A stretch of DNA of 63,191 bases, the filler included, from Chrysochromulina tobinii (Eukaryota), in assembly GCA_001275005.1 (NCBI GenBank). It is 4 parts of 4 records of this genome, joined end to end, with 100 filler letters (N's around TTAATTAATTAA, not from the genome) between each part and the next. Parts side by side here need not be neighbours in the genome. Positions count along the whole stretch, not along the records: positions 16,300 to 30,373 come from JWZX01000925.1; positions 30,474 to 59,825 come from JWZX01000926.1; 2 more parts are not named here. One strand, given 5' to 3'. The notes under the pieces were generated by a model, which did no database searches, was not told the origin of the DNA, and saw nothing but the letters and a program-made list of their open reading frames with translations. Shown here in pieces: positions 21,593 through 32,489 of the stretch; within the stretch, counting starts at the first letter, position 1, and each line of letters begins with the position of its first letter. Made by a program: the position numbers and the translations under genes.

Positions 21593-24500
21593 ATGGAGGC
21601 ATGCTGGGTGAGCCCTCCCTTGCCGATCAGCCCGCACCGGCGATCATCACCCAAGCTCATACTTGCTGGCAATACGCCACGGTCGCGGCCTCAAACCGCG
21701 CGAGAGCGCAGCTTCGCACCGGCCAGCACGCCTGCGTGGCGCGATGCGCCACGGCCTTGGAGTGCGCCATCGAATCTCAGCACGCCAACGGGGCGCAGCC
21801 CACCACCGCTTTTGACGACGCCTACAAAGAGGCCGCAGCCGCCACGTCCTCCCGAGGAGACCAAGCCCTCGCGGTACTTGTGCTATGCCCCGGGCCAAGT
21901 GTTCCTCTTCTTCCACTGTGCAAGCGGGCGCGAGAGCGGAGGCGAGGGCGTATGGGTGCTTGGCGTGGTGGACGAGTCGGGCCAAAAACTCAAACGGGCC
22001 ACAAGCAAGCTCGGCGAGCCCATCAGGACGTATCCGTTGACGATCGATGGTGCGAACCAATCTGTGTACCCGTGGCCGCGGCGTGAGAAGCTGGACAGCG
22101 CGCTGCAGGCCGTAAAGCAAGCGGCGCACGACGCGAAGGTGCTCGCGCGCATCGGTCGGCACCTGCAGCAGCAGTATCCGAAGGTACGCGAAGGTGAGGA
22201 CGATAATCCGCCTCAAATCGAGTCGGCCGTGCAGGCTGCTCCGCCCGGGTTTGGCGGCGAGCTCATCGACCAGACCCAGCTGCAGCTCAAGTGCGCGGAG
22301 GCGCGCCAAGCTGAGCTGAAGGTGGTCGCATTGCGCGCGGCCATGGACGTCACCAAGGATGCGCTGCAGCGCCCTACCCACGCGCGTCGCCCCATCCATG
22401 GGCCAAGCGATCAGCCGCCGCCAGAGGCGCTGCCAGATGAACCACAGGGGGTTCTCGAGGAGCGACTGGAGGCGCAGACAGCCGCGCTGGGGCCCGCCGT
22501 GGCCGCTGCGAACGTGGCGGCCGCCGTGGCGATGGAGATGGTCGAGGTGGCGTCCAAGGCGGCGCTCGCCGCCAGCAACGCGATGCTCGTCGAAGTGGCT
22601 ACGCTCCAGTCCGCTCGGCTCAAGGCGGCGGTCGAGGCGCTGCCAGAGGTCACATGGCTACGCGACGCGACCCACGCTGCGGGGAGCAAATCGCATCGCG
22701 CGCTCGCGGACGTGACGGGGCTCATGGCGGCCGCGCGCGCATTGAAGAATAGCGTGGGCCTGCTCGACCTCGATGCGCTGGCCGCGGAAGGGCTGCGCGT
22801 CAAGGGGGGCCTCGGGCTGCGCCGATACGGCGCGGAACAGCCGTTGATGGTCTTCCAGTCAAAGGAGGGCAGTGCTGCGCGAGGGCAGTGGGTGGACTGC
22901 GCCGTGTCGCACGCTCTGCCGACCGGGGGCCATGTGCTGCTGCTTCCGTCCTCTGCGGGGGGCGAACCGATCAAGCTCACGCTCAAGCTCACGCCGTGGA
23001 ATCACGCGCCGCGCTTCGTGGGACGCGCTGCCATCGAGCCATTGCGGCTGGGCTACTTGCAGACGGTCTTGCAGAGCCTGCTCATGGAAGGAGGCGGCAG
23101 CAATAGCCGAGGTGCCGAGGGCGGCAGCCAGGCCACGGGACTTTCTCTTGCGCTGGGTGTGCGCCTCGAGCTGCTATCAATCCGCGTCATCCCGTGCGCC
23201 GATAACAGAGCCTTGAAAGACCCCCACAAGTTCTTGGGCGCGGCGCAAACGGTGGGCGCGCTCAGCGAGTGGTTGCATGCTCGGCACGCGGCGTGGTGCA
23301 CGAGCGAAGCGGACACGCCTCAGGAGGCGGATCACAACGTGCTGCTCACGGCGGGCGTGGGCGGCGGCAAGACACTCGCAGTGCACACCCTCGCCACGCT
23401 CGCGGCACAGCGAACGCAGGGTGACGCCGGTCCGAATCTCGTCCCAATTGTGATCAGCGTGGCTCAGCTTGCACGTTGGCTTGATGAGGACAGCGCCGCC
23501 TTTGGGCGAGCGTGGAACTTTGTCGATGCGTACGTAGCCAAGGAGCACGGCGTGAGGTCCGAGACGTACATGATGCTGCGCCAGGTGATGCTCGCGCGGC
23601 GTGCGCTGCTGCTCATCGACGGGCTCGATGAAGGCGGCACCATCGTGGGCGATCGCATCCGGCGGCACGTGGGCGAGGTGCTCGCGCAGCAAGGCCACCT
23701 GATGGTCGTGACGGCTCGCTCCGCCGACTTCGGAAGAACCAAGGGCTCTGCAGCTGCGGCCAGTGGCGTGGGAGAAGCGGTGCTGGCGACCTTTCAGCAC
23801 GTCTCCCTGCGTCCGTGCACCGAGGCGTTACAGATAGAGATGATGGTGCAAGGGGGCCTGATCGAGGAACAAGCGCTGTCACTGATCACCTCATTCCGCT
23901 CCGTCTGGCCTGCTTCCCCCTTCGATGCTCAGAGCCTCTCCACAAAAGTGGTGCCACCCGCACTGGTGCCACCCGCAGTGGCACCCGCACAGTTCAGGTA
24001 CCAGGAAAGTACCCGGTCAATACTCGTACCCCCCCAATCACCGTCAGCGCCGTCAGCGCCGCCTGCGCCGTCAGCAGCGGCAGCGGCCGCGGGCGCTGTC
24101 GTGGCGCCCGATGAGCGCGTCGTCGCGGGCGCTGTCGTGGTGCCTGAGCTGCGCGTCGACGACGAGGCGCGCTCGCCGCAGCGCGTCAACGACGAGGCGC
24201 GCTCGCTGCTGTCCACGCCGCTGCTGCTGACGACGGTCATTGCCATGGTACAGCGGCACGCGGGCAGAATGGAGCCGCGTCATTCGCCGGAGAGTCCGCA
24301 GCGTCAGGCTGCAAGTCCGCCCAGTCCCAGACCAGGAGGAGGCCCTGACCATCACAGACAAGGAGGTCCTGGCCCTCTCGCGAGCCGCAAGCACCGAGTG
24401 GTCAGCACGGGCGATGCACGCCACTACGACGCTCACGACACTGAGCCTCGCTGGCCGACGTTGGTCGAGGTGCTCGAGCGAGCGGCCGCCCCGAGGCTTT

Positions 24501-24851
24501 CGTCAGCCGTCCGTCCGAGCAGTGCAACGGTTTCGTCAGCCGTCTGTCCGAGCAGCGTAACGGCCGTCCGTCTGAGCAACGCCCGAGATTGCCGAGATCT
24601 GCCGAGATCGCACGAGCTCGAGAGCAGTACCCCCTCCGTCCGTCCGAGCATCGTACGGCAGCAGGGGGGGCGGGAGCAGGGGGAGGGTGATGACCAATTT
24701 GAGCCTGCGGCGCTCACGACGAGGCTGCTGGGGCACGCCTTCTTGATTGCGCAATTGGGACAGAGCCGAGCCGAGGCGGGCAAGCAGCTTCAGGAGGTGG
24801 CGGAGCAGCACCGTGCGAGCTTCGAGCGCCGTGGCGAGCGGATGGAGCCCG

Positions 24852-24884
<33 letters not shown>

Positions 24885-26287
24885 CGGTAGTGCGCGTGGA
24901 GCATCTGCAGCTTGCCTGTCGTCTTCTTGTGAAGCACGCCGGCGCTCCAGCTGCGGGCGTGGCCGAGTCCCTTCGATGGGTGGTAGGGTGCGCTCAGCAC
25001 GCCCAGCTGCCGACAAGGCTCCCCCGCTGCATGCAAATGCTCACCACGGCGCCCTCTCTCCACAGGTGCGCTCTGCACGCCCAGCTGCCGACAAAGCTCC
25101 CCGTGCTCAGCCTACAGCAAGCCCAGCCACTCGAGCTCACCGCCTCGCATCCGGCGCTGCAGTCCCTCCTCATTGCCCAGGCAGTCGGCCATGGCACGTT
25201 GGTCAGCCATCTGCCCGAGCTCTTAAATGGGCGCGTCGCGCCGCCGTGGCAGTGGGGCCCGCAGTGGGCGGGGACGCTCCTGCTCGGCGCGACGCTCGGG
25301 CGCCCGTTCAGCGAGAACTTGCTGCGGCTCGGTCAGGTGGAGGCAGGTCCGCTCCCGACCTGCCTGCTCGGCGATCGGTGTACGCTTGAGCTGCCCGCGA
25401 GCCACCGGCCGACAGCCCTCCACGCACTCGCACGGATGCTGAGTGCGTGCGTCGTCGGCCGACTGAGGGACAACCGGCTGAGCGATGCCGACGTGGCCGT
25501 CCTCGCGATGCCGATGGCCGCACCCGACTATGGGCTCGTGTCGCTCGACCTCCGCGGCAATGCCCTCAGCGCCATTGGCGGGCGCGCGCTCGGCACGGCG
25601 CTCCGCTTGAATGGGACGCTGGCGGAGCTGCGCATCGATAGCGACTTCGCGCTGCCCATCTTCCCCCTCAAGGGGTGAGTGCTGCTGATGAACCTGATTG
25701 CATCAGATTTCATCCCCTGATTCCATCCCCTGATCGCATGCCCAACTCCATGTGCCCGATGGCATCCAGCATGGCATTCTTGAAGGTCTCCCTCAATTGC
25801 CTCCCTCATCAGGATCGCCCTGAGAGCCTCACGCTCAGCGCAGCAGACCGGCCAGCAGACCGGCGCGCCACCGACCGTTCTGAACCTATCCGTTCAGGGC
25901 CTTGGCGTTGCCTCGGTGGCCATCATCAGCGCACTCGTCGCTCACAACACGTGCCTGCTCGACCTGAGCCTGACCGGTAATTGGCGCATCGGCGCCGAGG
26001 GCGGCGCGCTCATGGCGGAGTGCCTCGAGTCGAATCGCACCCTTCGGACGCTCGACATGTATGGGTGCAAGCTGGGCGACGAGGGCGTACGCTCGATGCT
26101 CCGCGCGCTCGCGACAATGCCCGCGCGCAGCACGCTGCGCTCCCTCGAGCTCGCGGAGAATGGCACGTCCGCCGCGGTGGAAGCGGAGCTCGCCGCTGCT
26201 CTCGAGCACCACCTGCGGGCGGTGGACGGAGCCAACAAGGCTCTTACTCCCACGGGTCTACGACGGAGCCAAGGCGCCCCCAAGTAG
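21593..26287 (+). CDS. NACHT/STAND-like P-loop NTPase with C-terminal RI-like LRRs (NLR-like); introns 25675-25812 and probably 24988-25065; start may be 21467
   Basis: Walker A GVGGGKT, Walker B LLLIDGLDEG, VTAR, TPLLL; LRRs LVSLDLRGNAL, LLDLSLTGNWRIG, LRTLDMYGCKLG. Intron removal gives LKG…VLNLSVQGLGVASVAIISAL. Confidence 0.7.
24988..25065 (+). mobile_element. Introner-like intron, family 2 filler, with 37-nt exon duplication
   Basis: 24988-25024 matches 25066-25102 (2 mismatches); filler CGCTGCATGCAAATGCTCACCACGGCGCCCTCTCTCCACAG. Confidence 0.7.
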
Positions 26288-26926
26288 AGCCAAGGCGCTC
26301 CCAACGAGCCCAGGCGCCCCCAAGTAGCCAAGAGGCGCCCCCAAGTAGACCCGTGGGAGTCCCAAGTAGCCTCCGGCCCGACCTCAGCCCCCGCCGTACC
26401 GTCCAGGCCACAGCATGCCTCAGGCGGCCCACGCGGCGCCCTGAAACGTTATCAAGATCCTCGACCCCATCGCACTAGCGCTCATCCGCATCCACACACC
26501 CGACGACTGGTAACCCGCGTTCACTGTCACGCCCCAGCACGCGCGACTCGCGAAGCGGATCGCCATCCACACCCACCTGCATGGGCTGTCCGACGGCCTC
26601 CGGGGCACGGCACATATCGTGCGCAACGTGACGCTGACGGTGAGTATTAACGACAGAGGCGCTAGATTGGTTGTCTTCTGGGGCGAGCAAGGCAACTTTG
26701 GGCGGAGGCGCGGCGGCTCTACAAGAAGGACGCCGTCACACAGAAAAGTCGTACATCGCTCTGCCGGGGCCATTCTCGTTAGGGTTTACGACAAAGTCCG
26801 TACACCATGGTACGATGGACAACTTAGTTTTCAGAGAAGTCCCAGGATTAAAACCACACATGGAATGTAGTTTTTAACTCCGGATATCTCCGACGGCATG
26901 CATGAGTGCACAGCTGCACAGCACCG

Positions 26927-27069
26927 CACTATGTAGAAACACCATAGGGTAATTGCCTGAGTGTTGAAACCCTCCCCCAAGGTCAAAATCTCGCGCCCCA
27001 CTATGTAGAAACACCATAGGGTAATTACCTGAGTGTTGAAACCCTCCCCCAAGGTCAAAATCTCGCGCC
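26927..27069. repeat. 72-bp tandem duplication
   Basis: CACTATGTAGAAACACCATAGGGTAATT…GGTCAAAATCTCGCGCC twice, with one mismatch. Confidence 0.9.
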
Positions 27070-27399
27070 GCCACCGGTTGTCGCGTCTGTCGAGTTAACG
27101 TTCACGCACGCACACAGGATCACAGGTTGTACAAGACCGACCCACAGGGGAGTGTTCAGCTCTTCCCACAACATATCTGCTATGAATTGCGTTTTCATCC
27201 TCCCCCCTCCGCGTGTTGCCATGTGGGCCGCGCGTACACGCCAATCGCGCGGACGCGCTGAGGCACGCGCCGCACATGCGCACAAGCAACTCACTGCGCC
27301 AGCACCATTTGATGTCACGTGTGCCAAAGATGTCACGAATTATGTGTACACATTCCGCACGTCCGCCTGCCACCCGGGGTCACGCATGCAGCTGCAATG

Positions 27400-27588
27400 T
27401 GTCATTCCAGTGTCCTTCCAGTGATACCGATGGCGAGAAGCATTCAAATGTCATTCCAGTGTCCTTCCAGTGATACCGATGGCGAGAGGCACTCAAATGT
27501 CCTTCCAGTGTCCTTCCAGTGATACCGATGGCGAGAGGCACTCAAATGTCATTCCAGTGTCCTTCCAGTGATACCGATGGCGAGAGGC
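27400..27588. repeat. 49-bp minisatellite, about 4 copies
   Basis: TGTCATTCCAGTGTCCTTCCAGTGATACCGATGGCGAGAGGCACTCAAA units at 27400, 27449, 27498 and 27547. Confidence 0.9.
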
Positions 27589-27699
27589 AAAGCGACGCTG
27601 GCGATCGGTGCGCTCGAGGCATCCTCGGAGGTGGCACGGGCGCCGTCCCGGGCTCCCCCGAGTCGGCCGGAAACGCAGGCGATGAGACGCTGGCCGCCA

Positions 27700-30373
27700 T
27701 CAATGACTCCGATGACTCCGATTCGCCAACTGGCGGTAATCTGAGGCATCCTCAGCCGGAAAGGCAGGCGATGAGACGCTGGCCGCCATCAAAGGCGCCA
27801 CGCCCAACTGGCGGTAATCTGAGGCGAAAGCCGCGTGTTCGGCGGCTGTAGGGCGGAGGAGCATTCGTGCCGCCTGTGGCGACATCATGGACGCGATGGC
27901 ACCCTCATCATGACGAGCAAGTGCAGCACGGAGCCCTGAAGATGAGAAGGTGGCCACCTCTCCCGCGGCCGGAGCTGCCAGGTAGACCCCGTCGCTTGGA
28001 CTCTCTCGGCCGAGCGCATCGCCAGCCCTCGGCACGACCACGACGCCATAATCGCGCTTCCCTTGCCACAGTCCGCACTTGGACGCATGGTCCGTGCCGC
28101 ACACGTAGAAGACCCGCTGTACGTGGGCCAAAGAGGCGATCCGCGGCTCTGTTTGCGCGGCCTGACACACGGCTGGGAAGTCTGGCCAGCTGCCCGGAAA
28201 TTCAGCCTCCCAGGACGCCACGGCCACGAGAGGATCATCAGCAACGGCCTTTCGTGCCAGAGCAAGTCGGAAGGCGGCGCTCAGTCCAATGGTGCCGAGG
28301 TTTCGTGCTTTTGGCTGCACGTACCCATCGTGCGAGGGCGACAGGTATGCGGCACACACATGAAAACCAACTTGCCTGACACGCGCTGCGGCCTGGTGCA
28401 GCATGGCAACGTGTCCCTTGTGCAGTGGGTTCATGGCACCAGTGGTGACCAGAATGCAAGATGGCGATGCTGCAGTCGGCGGCGGCGATGACTTCGTCAG
28501 TGGCCATGGCGCATTCTCGGCGGAAGGAGAGCTCGACATTAGTCTAGATGCGATCTCCCCGAGAGGAGAGCTCGACATTAGTCTAGATGCGATCTCCCCG
28601 AGAGGCGAGCTCGACATAAGTCTAGATGCGATCTCCCCGAGAGGAGAGCTCGACATTAGTCCACTACGGTCCTGTACCTGATGTGTGTTTCGGGGAGTAT
28701 GGGACGACGCAGCAGGAGGCGGCGCGGGCACGGCGGCCGTAGTGCTGCTTAATGTCGGCAGGGCCTCTGTTTGGCGCATGAACGGGTACGAGGTGGTGCC
28801 AGCAGGCCGACCGTCAAAGACCATTTCGAAGGGCATGAAGTTATCCGGGCCGTAGCCAGCGTCGAAGATAGCAAAGGCGATGACGTCAAATTGTGTCGCA
28901 CGCTTGAGCAGCTCCTGCCGGTAGATGCGGGCAACCTGGTCGGCGGGATTTCTGAAGGAGCCGCAGCCAAAGGCACTCAGAACGGCGTGCCGCACTCCAT
29001 GCTCGATGAGCGTGTCGAGCTGTGCGGCGACGCGCCGCGCCGCCTCGTTTGCATCGAAGGCCTGCTCTCCACGCAAATCGACCGCTGCGGCGCGCAGTTC
29101 ATAGAAAGGGAAGACCTCGTCATCAGCGAGCCATGGGTAGCCCAAATCGGCACGCGAGCTATCCTCAGGGCCACGGATGCACACGCGCGGTCTCTTGTCC
29201 AGATACACGCGACCCCTGCCGCCGCTAATGAGCGACGTCATCCCTGCCGAGTACATGGAGCGACCGTCTGCACGGAAGATGTCCATGAGGTTGCACTCCA
29301 GTGAGAAGTGGCAATCTGTTCTGCGAAACATGTTCTCCTCCTGGGCAACAGCGCCAAAGGTGTAGTCGCCGCCCGGGCTGTACGCATTTGCCATGTTCAG
29401 GCTTGCGAAGATCACGCCGTACTCACGCGTCATGTCGAGGGTCACCTGGCCCCAGTCACCAGGCAAGACACGCACCGTGCACGACGCGCCATTCAACGTT
29501 GGCGCTGGCGTCGGCGGCAGGCCAGCACGAGCACGGGCAGCCACTTGAGACCAACGCCGCAAGTTCTGCTGGGCAAGTTTGTGGTAGCGCGCGGTGGGGC
29601 TCGCTTCTTCCAGACGCTCGAGACATTCCAGGAGCACACGCTGGCGTACGCCTTCCTTGCCGTGATAGACATGCTCCCGATTCGGAAGACGAACTCCATA
29701 GTCAAAGCGGCTGAGCTGCCTAGGCGTGGTGCCAAAGCCAGCTCCACTGACCAGCTCTGCCTGGCGCCGAGCATGAAGATCATCCAGATCTCCGTGATCT
29801 CCATCTCCGTTTGCGAGGCGTGCAAAGCGCTGCTCAAGCTCTGAAGGGGTAGGCAAGCTGCTCTGGCGCGTTGGCACGCAGCAGCTCTCCTTCCTTCGTG
29901 AATTCAGTTCAGAAGGGTGTGAAGATCCAGTTGAACTCGATCGCCGCGGTTCCAAAGTACTGCTGCTGGATCCGCGAAGGAAGTCACCGACTGCCGATCC
30001 GAGTGCCGGTGCAGTGTATGGCATCGAAGCGTGCGGGGTTGCCATGCCCCGCGAGGCACCACCACTCTGGGTGAGCGCCGTGGTGAGCGCCGGCTCCCTT
30101 GGTATCAAGTCTTGGGCCCAGTTCGCATCGACGTGTGAGCCAAAGTGTACTAGGACCACATCGAGCGGCCAGCCCTGGTACCGATCGAGCGCATCGAGGA
30201 TCGCATCGCGGATCCATTCGTACCGGTTGCCGAAGACGCCGCCGCCGAGGGCTGTCAGGTAGCACTTGACGCGCGCACCTCCAGATTCCAAGGAGCGTAC
30301 AGCTCCGACGGCGAGCGTGGCCTCGTACGCAGCGCGCAGCACGAGGCGCGCAAAGGGCTCCCAGTCGCTCTCT
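27700..30373 (-). CDS. Multidomain protein, 5'-partial: macro-like domain + microbial-type PARG (DUF2263-like) + NMNAT/cytidylyltransferase-like domain
   Basis: WEPFARLVLRAAYEATL…LTALGGGVFGN; LNMANAYSPGGDYTFGAVAQEENMFRRT and VLSAFGCGSFRNP; TGAMNPLHKGH, SPSHDGYV, VASWE, YVCGTD, VVVPR, SSSGLR. 39-bp repeat linker at ~28526-28660. Confidence 0.8.
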
Positions 30374-30473
30374 NNNNNNNNNNNNNNNNNNNNNNNNNNN
30401 NNNNNNNNNNNNNNNNNTTAATTAATTAANNNNNNNNNNNNNNNNNNNNNNNNNNNNNNNNNNNNNNNNNNNN
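30374..30473. other. Artificial contig linker
   Basis: N44-TTAATTAATTAA-N44. Confidence 0.98.
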
Positions 30474-30630
30474 CGGCCACACCTCCGTCCATAGCGATAG
30501 AGGCCCTCGTGCTTGGGGGTCCGGAGGTTGTGCGCGTGTGTGTTTCACAGCAGCAGCAGCGTGTAGAAGCGCGCGGGGCGCTCGTCGACATCGCGACGCA
30601 CATAGAACTCTAGGAATCCTAAGAAGTGAG

Positions 30631-32190
30631 ATGGACGACGATGAGGAAGAAGGTGGCATCTCCTTTGTGACCGATGCGGCGCCTCCGTCGCTTGCCGCGG
30701 ATGACTCCTTTGACGCTCCGGTCGTGTCAGGCGCTACGCCTGCCGCGGATGAGAAGCCGCGTGGCAAAGCGCCCAAGGGAAGCAATGGCCAACAGCTCAT
30801 GTGGGATCCAGTGCTGGGCACCTATATCGAGGGAGCATACGAGGCCGAGGCCAAGGAGCTGACTGACCAGTGGATCCAGACGCGCTACGCGCAGACGCTC
30901 CTCAACCTCGACAAATGTGTCAAGGAGGGTGGCACCTTTGGCGCGGCTCTGATCACGCACGACGAGAAGGCAAGGTGCGAGAAGCTCCTGCTCGCAGCGC
31001 TCAACGGAGTCAAGAACGACCGTATCGCGGCCAAGCAGGAGGAGACGGCATCGGCGGTGTTCTGGGCGATTGCGCTCGTGCAGAACGCGGCGGCCCGACG
31101 GGACGGCGGGTGGGTAGTTGATTCGGAGGCGGCGGCAAGGGTATGGGACATGGACACCCTGCACGACGTGATGGTGCATTTTAAGGGCGAAGTGCACAGG
31201 ACGAACGAGTCGGGCGAGCAGTCCAAGACGACGTACGCTCCTTTGAAGGGAAGCGGAGGCGGTGGTCGCGGTCGCGGTCGCGGGCGAGGCTCGGGCATGA
31301 TGGACGGTAGCAATGAGACCAAGCGGCGTCGGCTTCGGGTTGACTCTCTTGGCAACGAGGAGGCACGCAAGCAGAAGATGCGCGTGCTGCACCGGCTCAT
31401 CCTCGAGGGTGGCAACGGGCTCGAGGATGGTCTCCACCAGGCGATCATCAACCTGGAGCCACCCAGTGTTCGTCGGCTCGAGGCGCCTCCCGCCGCACTT
31501 GACGAAGCCGGCGCTGCGCCTGCGGGCGGTGGCGGTCTGTTTGCGGGCCGCAGCCGGCGGCAGGAACTCGGCGCGAATTGGGGCAAGAAGGTCGCGCAGA
31601 AGACGCTGGCCAAGACAGGGGTGGAAGCTGTCGTCCTCTCGGCCCCAGCCCCGTCGCTCGCGCCGCTTGATGAGCTTGATGATGTGTTGGATGACGAGGT
31701 GATGGTAGGGAGTGCCTCGGCCAGTGGCGCGACGAGTGAGTCGCAGATCGGTCTGGGCATCGTCGACGCCATCATGGCTGTGGACGCGAAGGCCCGGAGG
31801 CGCAAGCGCAAGCGACAGAGCGAGGAGCGCGCGGATCGTGCCCTCGATAACGCTGACCAGCTGACGGCTGAGGACCGCGCGTTTGTCGTCGACGATGACG
31901 AGGACGTCTGGGAGCGTGAGGACGGCGAATCGTCGGGCAGTGCTGAGGATGAAGACGACGACGAGGAGGAGGAGGACGAGTTCGAGGAGGCGCAAACGGC
32001 CACCGTGCCGCCACAGACGATATGGGTGACTGCAGTCACCGCCTCCTCCTCTTCCGCCGCCGCCGCTGTGCCTGTTGTACCTGTCGTACCCGTCGCCGTG
32101 GTGCCAATTGCGATCGATGCCACACCGGTCGTGGTGGCTGCGGCAGCGCAGCCGGACGAGGAAGACGACCTGCTCGATCTGATAGGATGA
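30631..32190 (+). CDS. Hypothetical protein, acidic, with RG box and basic NLS-like stretches
   Basis: 520-codon ORF with GC3-biased codons; no family motif recognised. Confidence 0.6.
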   Translation: MDDDEEEGGISFVTDAAPPSLAADDSFDAPVVSGATPAADEKPRGKAPKGSNGQQLMWDPVLGTYIEGAYEAEAKELTDQWIQTRYAQTLLNLDKCVKEGGTFGAALITHDEKARCEKLLLAALNGVKNDRIAAKQEETASAVFWAIALVQNAAARRDGGWVVDSEAAARVWDMDTLHDVMVHFKGEVHRTNESGEQSKTTYAPLKGSGGGGRGRGRGRGSGMMDGSNETKRRRLRVDSLGNEEARKQKMRVLHRLILEGGNGLEDGLHQAIINLEPPSVRRLEAPPAALDEAGAAPAGGGGLFAGRSRRQELGANWGKKVAQKTLAKTGVEAVVLSAPAPSLAPLDELDDVLDDEVMVGSASASGATSESQIGLGIVDAIMAVDAKARRRKRKRQSEERADRALDNADQLTAEDRAFVVDDDEDVWEREDGESSGSAEDEDDDEEEEDEFEEAQTATVPPQTIWVTAVTASSSSAAAAVPVVPVVPVAVVPIAIDATPVVVAAAAQPDEEDDLLDLIG

Positions 32191-32489
32191 GAGACCTCAG
32201 CTCAGGGCGAAGGGCGTGCTGCGCGAGAGTCGCGGCATGCACGACCGAGCGTCCGAGCCCGCACGGAGGCGGTTGATCGACTGATGTCTGATGAGCTGGA
32301 GATCTTTTTCTTTCTGGCGCTTTGGTTTCGATTTCTCGAATTGTGGGGAATGTATGCATTCATCAACAACGCGCCGCATGGGATGTAGAGAGAAAGAAAC
32401 GTTCACACAGCGTCTTCACACCAAGTCCGCGGAAAGTGGATGACCATGCTCCTTGTCTTAGCGGACGTCCCTGCGGACGCTGTTAGCCA

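Noticed and set aside
27400..27588. Regularly spaced repeats as a possible CRISPR array
   Set aside because: Head-to-tail 49-bp units with no unique spacers, eukaryotic context and no cas genes.
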